Below are positions 1 through 11,259 of a stretch of 64,000 nucleotides of DNA, in pieces. Every line of letters begins with the position of its first letter. Within the stretch, counting starts at the first letter, position 1. Both the position numbers and the translations under genes were made by a program. The stretch spans positions 13,702,001 through 13,766,000 of the forward strand of contig OZ249439.1 in NCBI GenBank assembly GCA_965235115.1, in the 5' to 3' direction. The notes under the pieces are model-generated. The model made no database searches. It was not told where the DNA came from and saw only the letters and a list, made by a program, of their open reading frames with translations. The DNA is from Laetmonice hystrix (lineage: Eukaryota).

Positions 1-150
1 CAGCTGCACTTCTTCCCTTGCCCACATGACCACCACCAGGGCCCAGAAACACTCCGCCGGAGACAGGTATAACCGGCTCAGGAATTGATTCTTCACATCA
101 AACGGAACGGCAGGTGTGTGGTGGTGTTTAGGTCGGATTAAAGGGAGTGG
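1..150 (-). CDS. Candidate coding exon, runs off the window start (PLPLIRPKHHHTPAVPFDVKNQFLSRLYLSPAECFWALVVVMWAREEVQL)
   Basis: TTTGTGCTGTGCAG acceptor, then 50 codons open in phase 0 to the window edge. No family recognised; it may belong to the ankyrin gene upstream. Confidence 0.3.
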
Positions 151-660
151 CTGCACAGCACAAACCCATTACAACAGGTAGACTAGTCTGGAGCTCTGCG
201 CTTGGTCGCATAATGAGTCATTAAACACAAGCATCAACGTCTTAACTCTGCATGCTGTGCAGACATTATAAGATGAAAGCCCTAGTTTGTCTGCTGATAT
301 CTTGTTATGTAATAACCTTTTGAAAATTCTGTTATGATGACTAGATATAATTTTGAAATTTCTTCCATTTATTTTCCTATGCTGTTAGGTAAGATACGTG
401 CGTGTATCTTGTGGTTTGAGAGCATGTAGGCCTAAGTAGAAACACTCATGCACAGGCGACCAAGACATAAAAGAATGACGAACACCTGCCAAGTCCCCAC
501 GGATCTGAAGCGCATAGCGCTCCCTGTATTTATCGGAACAAAAGTACAATAGATAGCCCCTCGCTCTTTATATAAGGCGAGAAAGGAGATATGGAGGCAG
601 GTGATATATAAATACGTTTGTTAGATCGTAGGTATGGGCAAAGGTTGTATTCTGTGCCAT

Positions 661-958
661 CTGTTCCATCTGTACCCAGGGTTGGTTTGGTGGAAGCAAT
701 GATAGCATGCGGATTCGGTGAACATTCGGCAGGTTGTTCCATCTGTACCCAAGGTTGGTTTGGTGGAAGCAATGATAGCATGTGGATTCGGTGAACATTC
801 GGCAGGTTGTTCCATCTGTACCCAGGGTTAGTTTGGTGGAAGCAATGATAGCATGTGGATTCGGTGAACATTCGGCAGGTTGTTCCATCTGTACCCAGGG
901 TTGGTTTGGTGGAAGCAATGATAGCATGTGGATTCGGTGAACATTCGGCAGGTTGTTC
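661..958. repeat. Minisatellite, 73-bp unit x4
   Basis: CCATCTGTACCC recurs at 666, 739, 812 and 885. Confidence 0.95.
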
Positions 959-1209
959 GCACATTTCACTCCATCTCCCAGGCCATCTTCTTTCTCTCTG
1001 AAACACGAAGCGTGGATTGAATCAGAACCCTGGGTTATCCATGATTAGAGATTCCGTTGGAGACTTTTCCTATGGAGCCCCGGGGGGGGACATACTGAAA
1101 ATATTTTTTAATCCGTGCGCACAGATTACTAATCCGTGGCCACAGCCTAGGACCTATCACTACAGGCAGGTGGCGTTCTAGTCACGACATTCAGGTGGCA
1201 TATATAGGG

Positions 1210-1485
1210 TATGCGAATAGGTGCAGTAATCTTAGGGCCTGGGTTCGATTCCTGTAGAGGACTATACAACTTTTCTCTTTAGGGACATTGTCAAAGTAAT
1301 TGGGTTACCCCTGATGCCCGTGCATTTCAAAAGAAAAATACGTCGACCTTATGCTATGCGAATGGGTGCAGTAATCTTGGGGCCGGTTTCGATTCCTGTT
1401 GAGGACTATACCACGTTTCTCTTTAGGGACATTGTCAAAGTAATTGGGTTACCACTGATGCCCGTGCATTTCAAAAGAAAAATAC
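1210..1485 (+). mobile_element. Two tandem ~130-bp copies of a tRNA-derived SINE-like fragment
   Basis: Copies start at 1210 and 1355. The Pol III B-box/T-loop GGTTCGATTCC is at ~1242, each copy ends in an A-rich tail (TTCAAAAGAAAAATAC), and no intact cloverleaf forms. Confidence 0.45.
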
Positions 1486-1544
1486 AGTCAGTTGGGGTAT
1501 ACATAGGGTCGTAATCACTACAGGCAGGTGGAGTATTATGTTCC

Positions 1545-1682
1545 TAATCACTACAGGCAGGTGGGGTATATAGGGTCCTAATCACTACAGTCAGTTGGTG
1601 CCGTGTCAGTCGTGTTGCCGAATAGAACTGTGCGGAGACTGGGCGTGGCTTATGTTTTGATTGGCACTGCCTGTAGTAATTA
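1545..1682. mobile_element. Small MITE-like element with CACTACAGGCAG termini
   Basis: TAATCACTACAGGCAG (1545-1560) is inverted as CTGCCTGTAGTAATTA (1667-1682, 1 mismatch); extra direct copies of the left end at ~1157 and 1512. Confidence 0.4.
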
Positions 1683-1983
1683 AGCTTCCTGTCGTAGTTA
1701 AAGAATAACATTTACCGCGAGGGACACACGACACCCAAACAAACGTTCAGTAACCACAGATCCAGGGCCTATAGTTAAAGAACCATTCGAAAAGCAAAGA
1801 TCAAAATGTTTTTGGTGCTTGAGGATCAAAAGTTATGATACTTTGTAAACGGCTAGGGAATCAGGCCACGGGATTGATTTTCATTTCTGGTAATGTTTAA
1901 CGGTTTTCGGTGAATTGAATATACCCATTTACACAATATAGTTAAACTTGTTAATGAGTGGCCGCAAGCATATAGCTTGGCCT

Positions 1984-2201
1984 TCAGGTGAAGAGTACCC
2001 CCCCCCCCCCGCTCCCGCGGTTTTGATGCCTATCCTGCAGTAAGATGATGAAGAAATCGGAGCTATTGTACGAACCGCAGTTCTTCAGGAAGTTGGTGAT
2101 TGTTGACTGGCCTTGTGACTTGGCCGTGTCCAGAGCCGTTCTGCCCTTCACCGACTGTATCTTGACGTCGCCTCCTTTCTTCACTAGCCATTTTAGCGTC
2201 T
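1984..2201 (-). CDS. Ankyrin-repeat gene A, exon (E)TLKWLVKKGGDVKIQSVKGRTALDTAKSQGQSTITNFLKNC...; 3' end uncertain (donor after 2076 or read-through to stop at 1984)
   Basis: AAACAG acceptor, phase 1 matches the previous exon, ANK consensus G-x-TAL-x-A. Confidence 0.8.
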
Positions 2202-2372
2202 CTGTTTCCAAAACAAAAAGCCGAAACTTTACTAGTGTTAAATCTAGGGTTAATGGGATTGCGACATCCATCACAACAGTAGCATTGATTAGTGAAATAA
2301 TCCACTTATAATTTCCGGGGAAACCTTCATGCTTCACCAAGAGTTTGCTAGTTGCCGTTGATTGCCACTAAC

Positions 2373-2460
2373 CAATGTGTCCATTCCGTGCAGCGGCGTG
2401 AATGGCCGTGCACCCACACACGTCTGCCTGGTTGACGTCACAGCCGCTGTCCAGGAGCAC
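2373..2460 (-). CDS. Ankyrin-repeat gene A, exon VLLDSGCDVNQADVCGCTAIHAAARNGHI
   Basis: AG/GT boundaries, 88 nt (phase 0 to 1), canonical ANK repeat. Confidence 0.9.
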
Positions 2461-2578
2461 CTTCAACCATTGTGGAGTCGGTTTAGGAATGATCACCGGG
2501 GGTAGGGGGGATCATAAGATATTAAATGCATATAATTAAAAGAGAACCTTCTCTGTCTTGAAGAAATATGGTCCATAC

Positions 2579-2656
2579 CTGTAAGACACTGACATGTCCG
2601 TTTGCTGCAGCCTTGTGAAAGGCCGAGGTTCCTGTATGGTCAGGTCGATTGGGATC
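2579..2656 (-). CDS. Ankyrin-repeat gene A, exon DPNRPDHTGTSAFHKAAANGHVSVLQ
   Basis: TTTCAG acceptor and GTATGG donor, 78 nt (phase 0-0), ANK consensus. Confidence 0.9.
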
Positions 2657-2850
2657 CTGAAAGTGTTCGAGAGCATCTGTCTTTAAAATAATTATAATTT
2701 TTAGATCAAATAAATTCAGAGAGGCTTGTTTTTTTCTATTGTATCTTAGAAAATAATATTCTCGATATGAAGATGTACGCCGCGCAAAACCGGCTCAAGT
2801 ATATGACTGAGGGCCCGAGGCTTCGGGCGGCCTATAAATGTCATTCTCAC

Positions 2851-2900
2851 CTGACCGTCTTCTAGTGCCTGGATGAGCTCACGGGTGTCGCCATTAAATG
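2851..2900 (-). CDS. Ankyrin-repeat gene A, exon (A)FNGDTRELIQALEDGQ; upstream exon(s) unresolved
   Basis: TTTTATAG acceptor and GTGAGA donor, 50 nt (phase 1 to 0), joins in frame to DPN. Confidence 0.85.
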
Positions 2901-5021
2901 CTATAAAACATTTAAAAAGGCAAAGGTAAAGTTTATATATATAAACCTAGGAGTTAATAATGATGTTTTCATTTAGAAATAAAGGGACTAAATGCTTAAC
3001 AAAACATCGACTTCCTTCCTTTGTATGGTCTTCTGTTTTCTGTAATCTTCAGCAATTATTTGGTTTACAGGTTTTGATTTATGCAGAGCAGGATCCAAAG
3101 GATAATGGTTGAGCTGCTGATAGTTTAAAGGCACAGCAAGAGTATACGTCGAAGTTACCCCTACCAGTATGAATCAGCTTTACCCATTATCTGTAACCTG
3201 GAGTTCAAATAACCAAACGCACAGACACCAGCGGCATCTTAAACTTAGACATCTTCTCAACAACGCGGTTGCAGCTACTGTCACCTATTACAGGGATATG
3301 GCTTCGTTTCCTGTCCTTAGAACGAGCGTACATGCGCGCGCACCATTATAATAATGAGCACGTCTAATTCCGCTGGCTCGAAATGTAAACTCTGCCATCT
3401 CTGTCGACTACAGAGTCCTATATCGGAGTTCACTATTTCATTTTTCTCAAATACCACCAGTGCATGATCATCATATTTATACATCATGTAGCTAGGGATG
3501 AAAAGTATGTTATATCTCGTCGTCATACTCCCGTTGTGGCTTTAACCTTTAACCCCCCATATTTCACATTAGGGGGGTTAGAGTGTTAACATAGGCAGAC
3601 CTTTCTCCCCCGGTCTATGAGGCGTCAATATTCCATGTAAACCTACATGTTGCAGTGATGTAACTGTCATGATGAAGACAGTTAGAGGAGCGAACCCTTC
3701 CTGTGAAGGTCATGGGAACAGGTGTGAATATACATCGCCACCCCCTCAAGAAAAACGACATTGTAGGTGAGATGAGGGGGGGGGGGGCGAAGTTAGAACG
3801 CTGCCTTTCAGGTGGTCCCTTCCATGTCGGATCAAGGCGTGCTCTCATGATGAACCTTGACCACTAACAAGGAGATTCGTCCACGAACACCTGTCTCATT
3901 CTTCAGTCGCACGCCATCAGGTCGTGCCACATTATCAAGTTTAACCGTTGGCACTAGGTTATCGAAACACGGTCTTTTTACACGCCAGTTGCATGCCACA
4001 CCAATACTGTTTTATGTCTAAATGATTTTCTCTATACATGAAGGAATGTATATGCTGTTAGCGCAGTTTTGGCCCAGGAAACTTTTACCTTGACAGATAT
4101 GTAACGGTTGTAGCCACTGTCACCTATTATAGGGATATGGCTTCGTTTCCTGTCCACAGAACGAGCGCGGCTGTTCGCCACTGGCAATGGCTGCTTGCCA
4201 TTCAGGGCCACACAGCGTGGCTCACCTGTGAATCGCCAGCACAGGTCAATTGTTCAAACATGAGAGCCGGATATGGTCCCTGCGGCCAGGTTATAATAGC
4301 TATGTAGATTATACGTGTTCTTTAGTCACTATTAAAATCAGTGTTGCCAATATCTTGCATTATATGGCACCACAATAATAATCGCCTATGACATACCGGT
4401 TTTATGACGGGCGGGGCGAGGCAGTCAGGTGACAGCTGACGCACCGAGTCCCGCGGTGGCCTACTTAATATCATCGGTGATGATATTAGAGTGATCGGGT
4501 CCATGATGCCTGAAATAATCCGACATTTTCATCTCCTACTCACGCCCGCCCTTGATTCACAATAGCCTACCTGCTTCATGGATGTTTGCCTTGAAATCAG
4601 CGTATAATATTTTCTCCATCCTCATGGCTGTTCTATTCGCACTGTCTCTGGGGCGTAGCTTGGCGGCAGGTGTGGGCGTTGTGGGAGTTCTCACGCTAAA
4701 CTTGTGGCAGCGGGAATGCGCTAAGATGGCACACTGGTGCGGGACTGGTATAGGTAGGCTGGCTGGTAAGTTAATTGGTGACTAGACATGTACCCGGATG
4801 ACGCGCATTAACACCATCATGGAAGTGACACGGTCTCGATGCCGATATACAGAGAAACGGAGGACAAGCTGGACACATAACATAAGCAATCTGAGCATGC
4901 ATTATATCACAGCCTACAAAAACAATTAAAACCTTTACCTGCAATCAAGAAGGTCACTACAAGAAACTCTTACCGCTATATTTCCTGACACCCGTTTTTT
5001 ACCTGGGTAATATATTACGAC

Positions 5022-5023
5022 TA

Positions 5024-5088
<65 letters not shown>

Positions 5089-5095
5089 GCTACTA
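5022..5095. repeat. (TAC)n microsatellite
   Basis: ~23 ACT triplets seen directly. Confidence 0.97.
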
Positions 5096-5207
5096 CTTTA
5101 CCCACTAGCTGAACAGAGTGCTTTAATATCCGTCTCACGAAAAAGGATGCAACACTCGAAGAGTTTAAGTCAGAATATTTGTCACGAATGATGTGCCGTC
5201 CTTTGAC

Positions 5208-5382
5208 AAAAACACCAACATGTTCCTGTGTTTGGACTGCGCCACACACACAAAAACACCAACATGTTCCTGTGTTTGGACTGCGCCACACACACAAAAA
5301 CACCAACATGTTCCTGTGTTTGGACTGCGCCACACACACAAAAACACCAACATGTTCCTGTGTTTGGACTGCGCCACACACA
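5208..5382. repeat. Minisatellite, 44-bp unit x4
   Basis: AAAAACACCAACATG at 5208, 5252, 5296 and 5340. Confidence 0.95.
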
Positions 5383-5568
5383 GTCAGCTCTCCCGAGGCA
5401 CGCGGGACCAGCGCCCCTTTTCAATCACAATGTCGGGGGACGAGACTCTCAAACGTCAAGTACGGTAGCAATTCTTTCGTATTCCAATAGCTCCAAACAG
5501 TCGTTGGTGTACATAACGTGTGGCTGCAGATCAAGGCTCCAGTTAATTTGTAATTTGGTATCTGGATG

Positions 5569-5775
5569 NNNNNNNNNNNNNNNNNNNNNNNNNNNNNNNN
5601 NNNNNNNNNNNNNNNNNNNNNNNNNNNNNNNNNNNNNNNNNNNNNNNNNNNNNNNNNNNNNNNNNNNNNNNNNNNNNNNNNNNNNNNNNNNNNNNNNNNN
5701 NNNNNNNNNNNNNNNNNNNNNNNNNNNNNNNNNNNNNNNNNNNNNNNNNNNNNNNNNNNNNNNNNNNNNNNNNNN
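5569..5775. other. Assembly gap (N run)
   Basis: Ns in the sequence. Confidence 1.
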
Positions 5776-6481
5776 ACTACTACTATACTGCCACTACGTA
5801 TTCGGCTGACATCCACTTTTAAGGCAATTTCTTTTTCAAATAATAATAATAACATCGAGCAGGGAGCAGAGAAATAAACCAGTCGAGTACCTACCAGCTT
5901 CGTGCAGGTTTGGATTGACGTACAAGCGCTGCATTCCTAAATGTAGAAGAATTGTGGGGGTAGGTTCTAAATCAACGGACAGCTGTGATATCGGCTACAA
6001 ATCGCCGAGGTGACCAACTGCAACTGTATGAGAATTAGTCCATTGACACGCCGATACCATAGGTCTTGTAGATTGTAACATACGAAGAACTTGTGCTGTC
6101 TATAGCCGAGGAACTGTCGCTCCCGCTGGAGACACACAACTGATGATATATCTCGATCATGTCAGTTGAGTTATGTAAGACTAACGGCCCGAAGTAAAAC
6201 GCTCATCTGGGGACCGGCGTTTTCACTACCCTGGCCGGAAGTGGGAAGACCGGTTGGCAAACAGCCGCACCCCGCCTGGAGTGACTGGGTCGATTCCCTC
6301 TCTTTAATGAGTTCGATGTTCACGTACAGTGGGCTAGCTGTGTGTCGGCCTGACGGTCAATGGATATACACGTGGACGCGAGCACTACAGCGTCTGTTAT
6401 AGTTATATGTGCTGGCTGGAGAAAATGATCCCGTTTTCTCTACCGGCGAGACAATATCATAATCTCGGTCCCTGACAGATC

Positions 6482-6530
6482 GTCGCTAGGTTACCACAGT
6501 ACACAGAACATTTCCGACTTCCGAGGGACA
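6482..6530. promoter_or_regulatory. RFX X-box-like GTCGCTAGGTTAC plus ETS-like ACTTCCG; candidate promoter of ankyrin gene A
   Basis: Motif match only, in a CpG-containing stretch. Confidence 0.3.
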
Positions 6531-6704
6531 CTGGCGACTAAACAAACTCTATTTACCTTAGCGCGGTAAAAAAATCAACATGCATGGGCCGCCTATATGC
6601 ACGGCCGTATTCCGATATGCATCAAGCAGTCGCATGGCTCCATGGATCCCTCGACAGGACAGTCTATGTTAATAAAACCGGCTGCCAAGTCTCGACTTTT
6701 GTGA

Positions 6705-8330
6705 GACGAGACATCTACATCAAGTCGACCGTCAAGCTGTCGGCCACTAACAGGGCAGAGTCATCTACATCAAGTCGACCGTCGAGCTGTCGGCCACTAA
6801 CAGGGCAGAGTCATCTACATCAAGTCGACCACCGGTCGAGCTGTCGGCCACTAACAGGGCAGAGTCATCTACATCAAGTCGACCACCGGTCGAGCTGTCG
6901 GCCACTAACAGGGCAGAGTCATCTACATCAAGTCGACCACCGGTCGAGCTGTCGGCCACTAACAGGGCAGAGTCATCTACATCAAGTCGACCACCGGTCG
7001 AGCTGTCGGCCACTAACAGGGCAGAGTCATCTACATCAAGTCGACCACCGGTCGAGCTGTCGGCCACTAACAGGGCAGAGTCATCTACATCAAGTCGACC
7101 GTCGAGCTGTCGGCCACTAACAGGGCAGAGTCATCTACATCAAGTCGACCACCGGTCGAGCTGTCGGCCACTAACAGGGCAGAGTCATCTACATCAAGTC
7201 GACCACCGGTCGAGCTGTCGGCCACTAACAGGGCAGAGTCATCTACATCAAGTCGACCACCGGTCGAGCTGTCGGCCACTAACAGGGCAGAGTCATCTAC
7301 ATCAAGTCGACCACCGGTCGAGCTGTCGGCCACTAACAGGGCAGAGTCATCTACATCAAGTCGACCACCGGTCGAGCTGTCGGCCACTAACAGGGCAGAG
7401 TCATCTACATCAAGTCGACCGTCAAGCTGTCGGCCACTAACAGGGCAGAGTCATCTACATCAAGTCGACCACCGGTCGAGCTGTCGGCCACTAACAGGGC
7501 AGAGTCATCTACATCAAGTCGACCACCGGTCGAGCTGTCGGCCACTAACAGGGCAGAGTCATCTACATCAAGTCGACCACCGGTCGAGCTGTCGGCCACT
7601 AACAGGGCAGAGTCATCTACATCAAGTCGACCACCGGTCGAGCTGTCGGCCACTAACAGGGCAGAGTCATCTACATCAAGTCGACCGTCAAGCTGTCGGC
7701 CACTAACAGGGCAGAGTCATCTACATCAAGTCGACCACCGGTCGAGCTGTCGGCCACTAACAGGGCAGAGTCATCTACATCAAGTCGACCACCGGTCGAG
7801 CTGTCGGCCACTAACAGGGCAGAGTCATCTACATCAAGTCGACCGTCAAGCTGTCGGCCACTAACAGGGCAGAGTCATCTACATCAAGTCGACCACCGGT
7901 CGAGCTGTCGGCCACTAACAGGGCAGAGTCATCTACATCAAGTCGACCACCGGTCGAGCTGTCGGCCACTAACAGGGCAGAGTCATCTACATCAAGTCGA
8001 CCACCGGTCGAGCTGTCGGCCACTAACAGGGCAGAGTCATCTACATCAAGTCGACCGTCGAGCTGTCGGCCACTAACAGGGCAGAGTCATCTACATCAAG
8101 TCGACCACCGGTCGAGCTGTCGGCCACTAACAGGGCAGAGTCATCTACATCAAGTCGACCGTCGAGCTGTCGGCCACTAACAGGGCAGAGTCATCTACAT
8201 CAAGTCGTCCGACAAGCTGTCGGCCACTAACAGGGCAGAGTCATCTACATCAAGTCGACCACCGGTCGAGCTGTCTGCCACTAACAGGGCAGAGTCATCT
8301 ACATCAAGTCGACCACCGGTCGAGCTGTCA
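6705..8330. repeat. Minisatellite, 54-bp unit with 50-bp variants, ~30 copies
   Basis: Unit GTCATCTACATCAAGTCGACCACCGGTCGAGCTGTCGGCCACTAACAGGGCAGA. Confidence 0.98.
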
Positions 8331-8904
8331 GAGTTATCAGATGCACATTACACTAAGACATTATTTTAAATAATGTATTAACATAAGTAGTGTGTTTGAT
8401 GTAGGAGTACCTTTAGGTACTGATTTTCCATACTTCGGATTTGGAATTATAGAGAAATAAACAGATATAGAGAGAAAAATCAGATGAAAAAAATGGACGA
8501 AGAAATGGTTGATATGGAAGGGTGTCCATAACAACTCTTTTGCAACCATTACGATTAAAAAAGAAAGTAAAGGGGGGAAAGGTACATTTTCCATTCCACA
8601 CGATCAAAGATTCCATGGAGATGCCATTTAAGCGTTTTACTGCCTTTGACCTATAGGTCTCCGAAAGATCAACGGGCAAATTCAAGTACATAAAAAAGTA
8701 AGGACTAAGTATAGGCCTACCTCATAACAAACTCATGGGGCTTGCTCCTTGTCTCCTCGAAACTGAAGAAACTAGCCCTCCACTTAGAAATTATAAACCC
8801 CCATATGCATAAGCCTAGATACACATACCTATCTTTTCATCTACCCTCCCCCCCTTACACCAGCCTTGCTCTCCTGAGCAATCCTCCTATATACAACTCA
8901 GTGA

Positions 8905-9291
8905 CCCCGCCCCTCACCGAACGCCCGTTTCCATGGCGCTCAGCCCCAGGGGCCCAGAGAATCCTAAATTTACCAATGTTGGAGTACCCTGTCGACACCC
9001 CTGTGCGGGGCTTGATTCAAATGGTGCCCACACTCCAACGATTGAGCTGGCCCGACTACTCGTCAAACCTTTAGCGGCAGTCTTTGCGAGATAAGTGAAC
9101 TAGGGCCTATAGAAGTTTTAAATCAGGCATATAACACATCATGGAATAGTTAAGAAACACGACATTGGGTGGCAGAAATTGGCTCTGACAAGGTCCCACG
9201 GATCGGGCAGCCACTTTTGAGCACTCAATACAAAAATATTCTGAGGCTGTGTCCGATGAAAAACCACCCAGCGAGTGGTTTCCATGGCGAC
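8905..9291 (+). promoter_or_regulatory. Candidate ASB promoter: GC box and two RFX X-box-like motifs
   Basis: CCCCGCCCC at ~8905, GTTTCCATGGCGCT 8927-8940, GTTTCCATGGCGAC 9278-9291 (175 bp before the ATG). Confidence 0.5.
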
Positions 9292-9465
9292 CTAGGCGTT
9301 CGGGGATAGGTGGATTCTTTCGTTGGCGAGGGTGGGTGGGATGGTGGTGTTGGGAGCTGGTGCCTCCGAGGCTGAAGCTGGCCTGTCGGGGCCAGCCCCA
9401 GGTGAGACGGGGAACCAGATCAGGTCAGACGGTGTGGAGTAAGTTGTGGTAGTCAGGTGGTGAGG

Positions 9466-9570
9466 ATGGGCCAGGCGGTCACCACGCCGGCCCAGGCCGA
9501 GGCCCTCTGTGAGGCCGTGCACGGGAACCAGTTGGAGGCCGTGTCCGAGATGGTCTGTTCCGGCGTGTCG
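9466..9570 (+). CDS. Ankyrin repeat and SOCS box (ASB-family) protein, exon 1: MGQAVTTPAQAEALCEAVHGNQLEAVSEMVCSGVS
   Basis: GAGGATGG start context, GTGAGT donor, 105 nt phase 0, degenerate ANK repeat continuing into exon 2. Confidence 0.8.
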
Positions 9571-10064
9571 GTGAGTCTGGGAGTGGTTATCGACAGAATG
9601 TGAACGGTCAGCATGCCGCATGGTGTACACGGCCATGAACTAATAGATCACCCCTCGGGTAAAATGGTCGGGAGCGTCTGAGGTAGCTTGGTTATGGAGG
9701 GGCGGGGGTGGAGAGGGTTGGGGGCGGAGGGCAGGACTCGTCGATGTATGGGCCTGCCAAGGGATCTTCCTGTGACGTATCTCTGTCACGTGACATTTAC
9801 TATGCAAATATCTTGGGTATGCATGTACATGCAGGCATGTGTTATAATTTCCAAGAGTCAAGGGTATAAACCCTAGATCTACTTGTAAGTGTCAGGTATA
9901 CGAATGGAAGGGTCGCGGATATACACAAACTCTGTGGGTTCTCTGGTGCATTGAAATAGCCCAGCCCCTAGTAAATCTCCCGTGTAGTGGAAACACGTCT
10001 TCACGTTTATCGATAGGGGGCGCAGTGGTTAACACGGCTGCTTTGGGCGCCAGTAGCTGATGTT

Positions 10065-10723
10065 TGACTGGAGCCATCATTTTGTAACTGCGCCCTCGCT
10101 GTATGACTGGAGCCATCATTTTATAACTGCGCCCTCGCTGTATGACTGGAGCCATCATTTTGTAACCGGCGCCCTCGCTGTATGACTGGAGCCATCATTT
10201 TGTAACCGGCGCCCTCGCTGTATGACTGGAGCCATAATTTTGTAACTGGCGCCCTCGCTGTATGACTGGAGCCATCCTTTTGTAACCGGCGCCCTCGCTG
10301 TATGACTGGAACCATCATTTTGTAACCGGCGCCCTCGCTGTATGGCTGGAGCCATCATTTGCGCCATCATCACTAGCGCTCTTGCTGTATGACTGGAGCC
10401 ATCATTTTGTAAATGGTGCTCTTACTGTATGACTGGAGCCATGCATCATTTTGTAACTGGCGCCCTCGCTGTATGATTGGAGCCATCATTTTGTAACCGG
10501 CGCCCTCGCTGTATGACTGGAATCCATCATTTTGTAACTGGCGCTCTTGCTGTATGACTGGAGTCATCATTTTGTAACTGGCGCTCTCGCTGTATGACTA
10601 GAGTCATCATTTTGCAACTGGCGCTCTCGCTGTATGACTAGAGTCATCATTTTGTAACTGGCCCTCTCTTTGTCTGACTGCAGCTGTCATTTTGTAAATT
10701 GTACTCTCTCTGTTTGACTGTAG
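10065..10723. repeat. Minisatellite, ~40-bp unit x~16, ending at the ASB exon 2 acceptor
   Basis: Unit GTATGACTGGAGCCATCATTTTGTAACCGGCGCCCTCGCT. Confidence 0.95.
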
Positions 10724-10841
10724 CCGAACTACGTCCACGATGATACGCCCGTTCTGTGGTTGGCCATTCAGTGTGGACATCTCGAACTGGCGTCCTACCT
10801 CATCAGTGCCGGCGCTGACGTCAACAAAGTGAACGTCAAAG
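10724..10841 (+). CDS. ASB-family gene exon 2: PNYVHDDTPVLWLAIQCGHLELASYLISAGADVNKVNVK
   Basis: TGTAG acceptor and GTACGA donor, 118 nt (phase 0 to 1), ANK repeat. Confidence 0.92.
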
Positions 10842-10900
10842 GTACGATACTAACGGGGGGGGGGGGGGGGTTCCAGGGCTTATACCATTAGAGATATTAA

Positions 10901-11227
10901 AGGTGCTATTCGTCTCGCACAGAATGGCATTTCTCCTATCATACATTGTGCACATAGTACTAGAAAAAAATCCTACCGATACCATTGGCCTGATAAACCT
11001 TCTGCGAGTTTGTGTGCAGCATTTGAAACCTATCTCGGTGCGCACCGAGATAGAGCCATTTCCTTTGGTGGGGCGTGTCAGCGTCTCCACAGGCCTTCTG
11101 AGAGAGCCCCATTTGTGCCGTTATCCATGAAAAATTTTGATTTCCTTTGTTGTGAATCTATTTCCATGATAAACGTCAACAAAATTAAAAATAAAAAAAA
11201 ATGAATTTTTTTTCACGAATAGCACCT
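10901..11227. mobile_element. Non-autonomous DNA transposon (Kolobok-type MITE), 327 bp, in ASB intron 2
   Basis: Perfect 13-bp TIR AGGTGCTATTCGT/ACGAATAGCACCT with TTAA on both sides (10897-10900, 11228-11231). TTAA TSD with AG...CT ends fits Kolobok, not piggyBac (CCC...GGG). Confidence 0.85.
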
Positions 11228-11259
11228 TTAAAGTTACTAACCCCCGGTCACCCTTGCAG

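Noticed and set aside
1225-1260. tRNA gene
   Set aside because: B-box is present but acceptor and D stems cannot be formed; treated as SINE-like
8413-8691. LPVDLS (CtBP-like motif) in a - strand ORF
   Set aside because: AT-rich intergenic ORF on the wrong side of the KLF gene; chance match
10065-10700. CTCF-like GAGGGCGC in each 40-bp unit
   Set aside because: Only the right half of the motif matches
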